32,000 nucleotides of DNA. It comes from an archaeon (lineage in GTDB: Archaea; Asgardarchaeota; Thorarchaeia; Thorarchaeales; Thorarchaeaceae). The DNA lies in NCBI GenBank assembly GCA_024275415.1, contig JAJRZD010000049.1, positions 1 to 32,000 on the forward strand, written 5' to 3'. The notes below the pieces were generated by a model. The model had not been told where the DNA came from. It searched no databases and was given only the letters and a program-made list of their open reading frames with translations. Shown here one piece after another: positions 7,841 to 15,589 of the stretch; position 1 is the stretch's first letter, and the number at the start of each line of letters is the position of its first letter. Position numbers and translations under genes: made by a program.

Positions 7841-9280
7841 ATGATGGTTGCGACTTTTTCCTATTTTGCGTGGATTGCTATCTCTCCCGTCAATCTGATA
7901 TTGGGTTATCCCTTTGGTCAAATCCCCACTGATAACATCCCACTGCTTATGATTAACTCGATTCTGTACTTGCCTGTGATCTATACATTAATCAGACGCT
8001 GGCTTAGAACGATGGCTAAACGAAAATCTGGGCCGGCATCAGGTATTGATACTGTCGAGTCTGGGCCTGCTGAACCTGAACCAGGTGATGAGTGGGGCAA
8101 AGCAACCCGACCCTACAAGACCCAAGACACAACAAAGATCACAGGGTCTAAGTCAGACTTGCGTGACTCTGCTCTTGCGATTGATGCAGCCTTCTTTGTC
8201 AGGTATCCTGATCTTGATACAGGTGAAACTCTCTTCGATGCTGAAGAACTCCATCAAAAAGCAATGATCCGTTCTAAGGTTTCGTCGGGAGGCTGGTCGG
8301 ATAAACGTGCATCCACCCGTGGTGTGGGGTCTCTTGGTGCTGTGGAGTCTCTCAAGAGTGGAAGGCCTACTAGGTGGAGGCGTCCTGTGGGCGAGGTAAC
8401 ATCTATTCATCTGCCCTCGACAATCATCGCCGCAATATCAAGGATTGGCAAGTTGAAGAAGGGTGAACCAATAAAGATTCGGCCCGAGGATATCCGTGAG
8501 AGTGTCTTTACCAACCGGACTCCTCTCACCATCATCTTAGTAATCGATGTCAGTCTATCTATGAAGGGAAGCCTATCCGTAACGAGGAAGATAATTGAAA
8601 GGATAGAACGGGAAACCCGCGGATCGAAGGATCGAGTGGGAGTCGTGGCGTTCAAGGATAGTGGCGCTATCGAGGTTCAGGCACCAACAACGAATTGGAA
8701 CAAGATATATCGTGCATTGACTCGACTGAGAATCTCCGGTTTGACACCTTTGGCTGAGGGGCTGATGAAATCACTAGAAACCATCAAGCGAGAACGAATG
8801 AGGAATCCTGATGTCGAGTCGCTAGTCATTGTGATATCGGATTTTGCCCCTAACATCCCACTTGCGCAATCAGTGGGTCCTGGCCATGCCCAGTTTACTC
8901 CAATCAAAGATCTCGTCAAAGCTTCCCGTCTGATCCGTAAGCACAATGTTCGGCTAGTAGCTGTCGATGTGGATCGCGACCATAGAATGTGGTCTCGTGT
9001 ATTGAAACGACCTTACCACGAGGCCCTTGAACTGGCAGTCACACTTCGAATGAAAAAGGATGGACTCCCGTCTGTTTCCGAAACCATTCTTCGTGTCAAT
9101 GAGTTCAGACAGCAATTCAGTGCCTTTCTCATCGCACGGGCAAGCGGTGGTAAGACCTTCCTTGTTGAGGAGCTGCTGAAGGAGAAATCCGTACTTGGGA
9201 GGATCTTATCAGCTACCAGATCGGATGTACGAATAGATTCTGCCTCCCTGAAGTCAGCGGAAACCTATCTTGTCAAGTAA
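7841..9280 (+). CDS. vWA-domain (ChlD C-terminal-like) protein with two N-terminal TM helices; probably the 3' part of a frameshifted chlD-like gene
   Basis: MIDAS motif VIDVSLSM, GLTPLAEGL, VISDF, IHLPSTIIAA (ChlD-like IH..AT..AA); the frame is open from 7766 and is -1 relative to the upstream ATPase. Confidence 0.88.
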   Translation: MMVATFSYFAWIAISPVNLILGYPFGQIPTDNIPLLMINSILYLPVIYTLIRRWLRTMAKRKSGPASGIDTVESGPAEPEPGDEWGKATRPYKTQDTTKITGSKSDLRDSALAIDAAFFVRYPDLDTGETLFDAEELHQKAMIRSKVSSGGWSDKRASTRGVGSLGAVESLKSGRPTRWRRPVGEVTSIHLPSTIIAAISRIGKLKKGEPIKIRPEDIRESVFTNRTPLTIILVIDVSLSMKGSLSVTRKIIERIERETRGSKDRVGVVAFKDSGAIEVQAPTTNWNKIYRALTRLRISGLTPLAEGLMKSLETIKRERMRNPDVESLVIVISDFAPNIPLAQSVGPGHAQFTPIKDLVKASRLIRKHNVRLVAVDVDRDHRMWSRVLKRPYHEALELAVTLRMKKDGLPSVSETILRVNEFRQQFSAFLIARASGGKTFLVEELLKEKSVLGRILSATRSDVRIDSASLKSAETYLVK

Positions 9281-9363
9281 TTTGTGCCTTCTCGATTAGG
9301 TTATTAACGTACCATCCAAGCATCAGGTGCGCACAGAGTCCAATACACTCTTCTAGCGTCATA

Positions 9364-10467
9364 GTGAGTACTGAGAGCCTGATGCAGGTGTTCGATGACT
9401 GTACTTTTCATACGTTAGAAACAGGACTCGTGCGCACTACACCACTGGAGTACCCCCCCATGTTATCAGGAAAAGTCCCTCCCGAGGTATTGAAGTCACG
9501 AGTGTTCAAGCACCTAGGATTTACGAATCCTGACCTAATCCTAGGTCCGGCTGTTGGACAGGACGCCTCTCTGATTCGGATAGGAAACCGCATCATTGTC
9601 GCTTCCACTGATCCAATCACGGGTTCTGTTGAGGACATCGGCTGGCTGTCAGTGCATGTGAACGCCAATGATATCGCTACCTTTGGCGTCGAACCAAAGT
9701 GGTTTTTGGCTTCGATTCTGTTACCCTCTGGGTCAACTGAACACGAACTCGAACGGATCATGGCGCAAATCGATGATGCCGCAAGCTCACTGGGCATTAC
9801 TGTTGCCGGGGGACATACCGAGATAACGGAAGGAATTGACAGGCCTATTATCGCTGGCTTCATGATAGGCGAAACTACTGAGGGTGACTACGTGACCTCT
9901 CAGGGAGCTCAGCCTGGTGATGCCATCATAATGACAAAGTCGGCTGCTATTGAAGGGACTGCAATACTGGCTGCCGAAAACGCATCTGCATTGCAGCATC
10001 ATATTGAAGAAAGCATCATAACCGATGCTCTTGCCCTCCGAGAACAAATCAGCGTCGTCAAAGATGGTGTTATCGCTTTCAGGACGGGATTCATAACTGC
10101 GATGCACGATCCCACCGAAGGCGGGATTGCCAACGGGATTCATGAGATATGTGATGCAAGCAATGTCGGCTGTACCATTGTCAAAGAGCACATCCCTATC
10201 GCAGAGTCCACGCAGGCTATCTGTTCCTACCTGAATCTTGATCCCTTGCAGCTTATCAGTAGTGGTAGTATGTTAATGACCTGCGTAGCGAAGCATGCTC
10301 AGGATGTTATTGCATCTCTTACTTCCCATGGGATTCTGGCATCCAAAATCGGAGTAATTGAGAAGGACTTCACGAAACGCGATTTGCAGACTAGTGACGG
10401 AATTGTAGATCTTGTCCGTCCAGAAACGGATGAATTGTGGAGTGGTTTGAAAAAGATCAACTCATGA
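9364..10467 (+). CDS. AIR synthase-related protein (PurM/ThiL/HypE/SelD superfamily)
   Basis: GKVPPEVL, GP.VG.DA, STDPIT, HVNANDIA, GGHTE, MHDPTEGG, LISSGS; true start uncertain (9364, 9382 or 9460). Confidence 0.9.
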   Translation: MSTESLMQVFDDCTFHTLETGLVRTTPLEYPPMLSGKVPPEVLKSRVFKHLGFTNPDLILGPAVGQDASLIRIGNRIIVASTDPITGSVEDIGWLSVHVNANDIATFGVEPKWFLASILLPSGSTEHELERIMAQIDDAASSLGITVAGGHTEITEGIDRPIIAGFMIGETTEGDYVTSQGAQPGDAIIMTKSAAIEGTAILAAENASALQHHIEESIITDALALREQISVVKDGVIAFRTGFITAMHDPTEGGIANGIHEICDASNVGCTIVKEHIPIAESTQAICSYLNLDPLQLISSGSMLMTCVAKHAQDVIASLTSHGILASKIGVIEKDFTKRDLQTSDGIVDLVRPETDELWSGLKKINS

Positions 10468-11236
10468 AACGTCGCAGGGCATCCATTTCTTTCTCTGTGA
10501 CTGACTCGATGACGATTGGGGAGATTGCTATGTTGCCATCAGTCATTACGATTCGCACATCCTCGCCCTCTTTACCATCAATCTCAATTCCCTGAAGCCA
10601 AAAGTAATCTCTGCCATGCGGATCCACCCGATGGACTATCCGGTTCTTCATCCGCACACGTGCAGGTATGGCCAATAGGATCTCGGTGTTCTCAGTGACA
10701 TTGCATGGAAAGTTGACGTTGAGTGCATCGAATTCAGGAGGGAGTCCTTTCTCAAGAGCTCTTCTTACAATATCTGACGCAATTTTGCATACACGGTCAT
10801 AGTTCCGTTCTGTACCACTAGTATTGAACCAGTCATCAGGTGCTGCTTCTTGGGAGAATGCAATAGCTGGATATCCTTTTAGCGCAGCTTCAAAGGCTGC
10901 GCCAACAGTCCCGCTTGTCAACATGCTTTGGTATCCTATGTTACCACCTGCATTGATTCCAGACACAAAGAGGTCTATACCCTCAATGAAGTGAGTTGCC
11001 AGCACCACTGAATCCGCTGGGGTGCCATCGTGTGTGATCAGCCTATACCCTCCCTGGTTCCCCCTGTCAGTAGCCCGCAATGGCCTATTCAATGTGAGCG
11101 ACTTCCCAGTAGCGCTTCGTTGCCCTTCTGGAACGACTACAGTAAGATCACAAAATTCAGAGAGTGCTTCGGCAAGACGAAGTAATCCTTGGCTTTGAGG
11201 TCCGTCATCGTTAGTCAGGCAGACACATTTCAACAT
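10457..11236 (-). CDS. surE: 5'/3'-nucleotidase SurE
   Basis: LTNDDG, P...RS..G.SLT, GTPADSV, SGINAG.N, SGTVGAA.EA, DPHGR.YFW, I.ISP. Confidence 0.95.
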   Translation of the reverse strand: MLKCVCLTNDDGPQSQGLLRLAEALSEFCDLTVVVPEGQRSATGKSLTLNRPLRATDRGNQGGYRLITHDGTPADSVVLATHFIEGIDLFVSGINAGGNIGYQSMLTSGTVGAAFEAALKGYPAIAFSQEAAPDDWFNTSGTERNYDRVCKIASDIVRRALEKGLPPEFDALNVNFPCNVTENTEILLAIPARVRMKNRIVHRVDPHGRDYFWLQGIEIDGKEGEDVRIVMTDGNIAISPIVIESVTEKEMDALRRFMS

Positions 11237-11324
11237 TCATCACACTCAAGGGTTCTCCTCATCAGAAGCTCTACTGATAAGAGTGCCGTTATGGAACTCT
11301 CACATATTGCCAATGAATGTCCCT

Positions 11325-12401
11325 CTACAGTGCCTGCTCAAGAATGTCCACGATTTTGCTGGCCGCGTCACCCCTGCCATACGGACATTCAGACTTTGGT
11401 ATCTCACCACTTTGTAACACTCGCTTGATGGTCTTGGGGAATTCTTTAGGATCAACACCAACGACTGTGACATGTCCTGAATGCACTGCCTCAGGTCTTT
11501 CTGTCGTGGTTCTCAAAACAAAGGCACGTTTGTTGATTGAAGGTGCAGTGACCTCTTCTTGAATCCCTCCAGAATCAGTGAGGATGTACTTCGAATTAAG
11601 CATAAGTCCTATGAACTGCAAGTATCCTACAGGTTCGATGATCTCGATGTCTGCTCTCTGCTGGACATCATCCCACATGCCAAACTGTTTTAGCCTGCTC
11701 ACGGTTCTTGGATGAGCCGGAAACACGACTTTCTCTTGGAGTGACGAGATTCCTTGAATCAGCCCTGAGAGTGTTTTCCTATCATCGACATTCTCTGCCC
11801 TATGCAGAGTGAGTAGGACGAACTCTTCCTCTGGCATGTGTCCTTCGGAACTCCTTATGGCTTTTGGTACTATGCTTTCAAGAATATCAATCACAGTATT
11901 GCCGGTGACATGGATCTCTCCCCAAACATGCTCCTCTCTGAGGATGTCTGCCGACACTTCGGTGGGCGCGAATAGATAGCTGGACGCATGGTCAGTCAAT
12001 CTCCGGTTATGCTCTTCTGGCATCCGGTAGTCATAGCTTCTTAGTCCAGCTTCTACATGACCCACAGGTATCTGTAACTTCACAGATACCAGCGCTGCTG
12101 AGAGTACTGCATTGGTGTCTCCTTGCACCAGCACAATATCGGGATCGTATTCTATCAGTTCCTTCTCTATCCCCACCAGCGCCTTAGCAGTCTGTTCAGA
12201 ATGTGAACCGGAACCAATGTTGAGATTCTTGTCTGGCAATCGTACATCCAAATCGGCGAAGAACTGCTTGCTCATATTTGATGAGAAGTGCTGGCCTGTA
12301 TGGAGCAGGAAGTGGTCAATTCCCCTTCGTTCACATTCATTGACAATCGATGCCATCTTGACAATCTCAGGTCTCGTTCCCACGATTATTGCTGCCTTCA
12401 T
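11325..12401 (-). CDS. wecB: UDP-N-acetylglucosamine 2-epimerase (non-hydrolysing)
   Basis: GTRPE..KMA, HTGQH, VQGDT, HVEAGLRS, PEEHNR, VTGNT, TLHRAEN, TDSGGIQEE, ERPE, PYGRGDAA. Confidence 0.95.
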   Translation of the reverse strand: MKAAIIVGTRPEIVKMASIVNECERRGIDHFLLHTGQHFSSNMSKQFFADLDVRLPDKNLNIGSGSHSEQTAKALVGIEKELIEYDPDIVLVQGDTNAVLSAALVSVKLQIPVGHVEAGLRSYDYRMPEEHNRRLTDHASSYLFAPTEVSADILREEHVWGEIHVTGNTVIDILESIVPKAIRSSEGHMPEEEFVLLTLHRAENVDDRKTLSGLIQGISSLQEKVVFPAHPRTVSRLKQFGMWDDVQQRADIEIIEPVGYLQFIGLMLNSKYILTDSGGIQEEVTAPSINKRAFVLRTTTERPEAVHSGHVTVVGVDPKEFPKTIKRVLQSGEIPKSECPYGRGDAASKIVDILEQAL

Positions 12402-12759
12402 GATGCAATACCTATCACTCTGAAAGTACGACTGCTCATAAACTTCGTGGGGGCTTCGTTTAGGTTTCCGTAGAATTGTCCTGAATGCTGCGAGAATGAA
12501 TTCCGATGATATGTGTTTCTTCTTTAATCTGTTAGTTTCTAGGATAAACCGTCCTTTTCTGACCTTTCACGCCATTGTCAAGAATAGGGACTCTAAAGTA
12601 ATGGGTGAATTCATGGAAGCAATACTAACGATTGGGGAATTTGCTCATAAAGATGAAGCCTGATTCCTGCCCAATGTCTGGAACTGTGATTTATTTTACA
12701 GCGCCAAGAACAGACACAAGTTTATATCGCTACATCTCTACCATGCTATGTGTTTTGTC

Positions 12760-13479
12760 ATGAACTTATCTACTGTTAGTGCTGTTTCTTGCAGGAATTT
12801 TTTTTAATACCTACAGGGGTCACCCACACCCCCCAGCATATATGCAGGAGGCTTCGCTTGATACTAGTGTAACATCTGAATACGATGTTGAGCCCGCATG
12901 GGTTCCTCCCGATAGGACAATCCGTGTCGCACTGTATAATGAAACGAACGTGACGACCCCATCCATCCTACTCGTTTGGTATCATGAATACCAACTACAG
13001 CATCATCACTGCTCTCCTCACGTCAGCAGGATACGATGTGACAGCCCTTACGTTCCAAGACATCTTGGATCACAAGCTCAAGACAGCTAGCTTTGTTGGT
13101 TCTCGTAAATAACAACCCACGAGAGAACATTGTTGACCTTGTCAAGGAGTTCTGGCTGAGCGGGGGAGGGATCCTCAGCTCTGACAGCAGTGCAGGTTAC
13201 CTTGGCTACGCAGGGATCCTTCCTAGAGAGTCCGCAGGTGTGGACGATGGTTATCCCACCTATTGGGACTACGTCTGGTCTAGCGGTGGGAACATCTCCG
13301 AGAGGCACCCTATCACAAAGAGCTATGCGCTGGGATCCCCACTACCCGACAACCTCCTGTTGATTGTCGCCATCGTAGCTGTGGGGCTTGTCATCATCGT
13401 CATGACAAGAAGGAAATCGTCGTCTAGTTCAAGAGAACCTCCACTAGAGGTTCTCATCATTTTTTTGTCAAGATTTTAG
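12760..13479 (+). pseudogene. Decayed cell-surface protein gene (signal peptide, extracellular alpha/beta domain fragment, C-terminal TM anchor)
   Basis: Coherent protein is read across three frames: ...RVALYNETNVTTPS / YSFGIMNTNYSIITALLTSAGYDVTALTFQDILDHKLKTASF / LVLVNNNPRENIVDLVKEFW...; ATCC tandem duplication at 12961-12968, a second shift at about 13093, and a broken signal peptide at about 12766. Confidence 0.75.
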
Positions 13480-13480
13480 T

Positions 13481-13629
13481 CCTTCTTTTAGGAGTTGCGT
13501 GAAAAGTCCGACCGGATGTCAATAGGATCGATAGTGGTAAGATTCGAGGAGTTGAAATTCTGACACGTAACCATTCATGCTAGTTCCAAACAGAAATCCG
13601 CGTTCGACTTTTCACAGAGCCCTTCTTTT
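13481..13629. mobile_element. MITE-like or structured element
   Basis: 9-bp direct repeats CCTTCTTTT (13481-13489, 13621-13629) flank a 131-bp segment with perfect 10-bp inverted repeats GTGAAAAGTC (13499-13508) / GACTTTTCAC (13606-13615) and an inner CGGAT/ATCCG stem. Confidence 0.35.
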
Positions 13630-13695
13630 GAAAACACCTTTAAGACAGATTATCACATGTGTTGGTAAGATACCAGATTGGGGTGATTTGAAGAG

Positions 13696-14472
13696 TTGCG
13701 ATATGCATACGGAGTGTTCTTGGGTTTCATCATTCCTGGCATCATTTTCATAGGAAGTGCCATGATCAAGATTGCAGGTTTGGGCGTTACCGATAGTGCT
13801 ATACTTGCATCTCTTTGGGATACCTATGTTGCTTGGATTTTCATTTCCATCATCATGATTGCCACACCCCTAATAATCATCTTCATCAGGAATAGGGCGT
13901 TGTTCCGTGAGTTTCTGCTTTTCGAAGCTGGTGGTTTCTTACTCTTCTCGCCTCTTTGGTTTGCCATTGCAACAGAGATAACCGGCGACTCCTTCGTTGC
14001 CATTTTGCTTCAAGGCATCGAGAACGGGCTTGCTTTTCCAGGGCCGAATGGCAGGCTTGTCGGTGTCAATATTGGGCCCATATTCATCATCCCATACTTC
14101 ATCGTAGGAATGATTCTTGGTGCCTTTCTCATCCGACCTGGATTCATTGAACGAATTCCCTCAAAATCGCCTCCCCCAGAGCTGGAAGTCTTGAAGGAGA
14201 AACCTACTGATGAACTGGAGGAAGAGATGCCAGGGGTTGCGCCTCCTGTTGCTGACTCTGGTAGCATCGATGAGCTCAGAAACCTGCTGGCTGAACTATC
14301 AATCCCTGCAACAATCATAGATACAATGGTGAATGCAGGTTATGCAACAATAACAGACCTGATATCGACCAGCCCTGACAAGTTAGCACAAGATGTCAGG
14401 ATTGATTTGAAGATGGCTCAAGACATCCATCTTTCAGTGCAAAAGAAGGTCTGGTTCGGCGGTATAGAATAG
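13696..14472 (+). CDS. Membrane protein (about four TM segments) with C-terminal helix-hairpin-helix-like domain
   Basis: TTG start with GGGGTGA SD; hydrophobic N-terminal about 145 aa; Pro/Glu linker; C-terminal IDTMVNAGYATITDLISTSPDKLAQDVRIDLKMAQDI resembles the HhH_5 (RadA-N/NusA-C) pattern. Confidence 0.8.
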   Translation: MRYAYGVFLGFIIPGIIFIGSAMIKIAGLGVTDSAILASLWDTYVAWIFISIIMIATPLIIIFIRNRALFREFLLFEAGGFLLFSPLWFAIATEITGDSFVAILLQGIENGLAFPGPNGRLVGVNIGPIFIIPYFIVGMILGAFLIRPGFIERIPSKSPPPELEVLKEKPTDELEEEMPGVAPPVADSGSIDELRNLLAELSIPATIIDTMVNAGYATITDLISTSPDKLAQDVRIDLKMAQDIHLSVQKKVWFGGIE

Positions 14473-14478
14473 TTCAGC

Positions 14479-15225
14479 CTATATCTTCACTGAAATCATC
14501 GCATCAAGAGCAATTCTGACCATTGTATCTAGTTTTGGTTTATCAGTGATCTTGGCTTCTTTCTCGATTGGTTCGCCGACAATTACACAGATAGTGCCCA
14601 CCATCACCTTCCTCAGCTGTCCAATAACAAAGAGAACCGCGCTTTCCATTTCGGTCGCAAGAACCCCTGCTTTTCTATAGGCGTCCCATTTGGCTTGCAT
14701 ACCTTGGGAATCCGCGACCATCTCAGGGAACTCGCTATAGAACGAGTCCTTACTATGTCCTACCCCGACCCTGAATGATGAACCACTCTTTTCTGCTGCT
14801 TCAGTTAATGCCTTGAGAAGAACGGGGTCTGCAATGGCGGGAAATTCCAGTGGCACATATTGTCTTGATGTACCATCGTCCCGCACGGATCCCGTGAATA
14901 CCACTACATTCCCAGCTCGAAGGGTATTGTCAATCGCTCCTGCTGTGCCAACTCTCACGAAGACACGGCCTCCAACCTTGATTAACTCTTCAATGGCAAT
15001 GGCTGCTGAGGGGCATCCGATTCCTGTAGAGCAAACTGCAACGGGAACTCCCTTGTAGGTTCCTTTGAAGCTCCAGTATTCTCTCTTGTGGGCTATCTCC
15101 TGATAATCATCAAAGAAATTCTGTGCGATGAGTCTTGCTCTATCAGGGTCTCCAGGAAGTAGAATCCTTGAAGGTATCTCTCCTGGGGCTATGTCGATGT
15201 GGTATTCTTTCTCATTTTCTGCCAT
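14479..15225 (-). CDS. udp: Uridine phosphorylase / nucleoside phosphorylase (PNP_UDP_1)
   Basis: YHI, LLPGDPDRA, REY, STGIGCPSAAIA.EEL, RVGTAG, VRDDGTS..Y.P..FPA.AD, DSFY, EMESA. Confidence 0.9.
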   Translation of the reverse strand: MAENEKEYHIDIAPGEIPSRILLPGDPDRARLIAQNFFDDYQEIAHKREYWSFKGTYKGVPVAVCSTGIGCPSAAIAIEELIKVGGRVFVRVGTAGAIDNTLRAGNVVVFTGSVRDDGTSRQYVPLEFPAIADPVLLKALTEAAEKSGSSFRVGVGHSKDSFYSEFPEMVADSQGMQAKWDAYRKAGVLATEMESAVLFVIGQLRKVMVGTICVIVGEPIEKEAKITDKPKLDTMVRIALDAMISVKI

Positions 15226-15335
15226 TTACTGACAACCCAAGGGGAACCCACATGGTACGATTAAAAACAGTTTCTGAACCACGAACAGCTCCACTCCGAC
15301 ATCCTTAAAAGAACCTGATAGACCCGCCCTTCTGA

Positions 15336-15569
15336 GTGGCTGAAATGAGCGACGACATCACAAATCTAGAGCGCAAGATACTTGCTGTCATCATTAAAGA
15401 CAGTCATAGGCCTGCTGCAATAACACGGATTCTGAATAAGCGTCAGATAGATTGTGATCAGAATTTAGTTGTTCAGTCATTGAACGCTCTAGAGAAGAAA
15501 GGCCTGGTCGAACGGTTCACATCGAAGACGTGGATTGCTAAGGGCAAAGCACAGGATTACATCGAGTAG
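15336..15569 (+). CDS. Small winged-helix domain protein
   Basis: Pattern LE.KIL.....I...L.....V...L..LEKKGLVER followed by a beta-wing; TTAAAA TATA-like box at about 15305. Confidence 0.75.
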   Translation: MAEMSDDITNLERKILAVIIKDSHRPAAITRILNKRQIDCDQNLVVQSLNALEKKGLVERFTSKTWIAKGKAQDYIE

Positions 15570-15589
15570 GCATATGCACCACTGTTTCT

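Noticed and set aside
9364-10467. Selenophosphate synthetase (SelD) or HypE
   Set aside because: No N-terminal Cys/Sec-x-x-Lys motif of SelD and no C-terminal PRIC of HypE; left as a generic AIR-synthase-related protein.
12612-12662. Mini-ORF MEAILTIGEFAHKDEA resembling a MerR N-terminus
   Set aside because: Only 16 codons with no continuation in other frames; likely chance.
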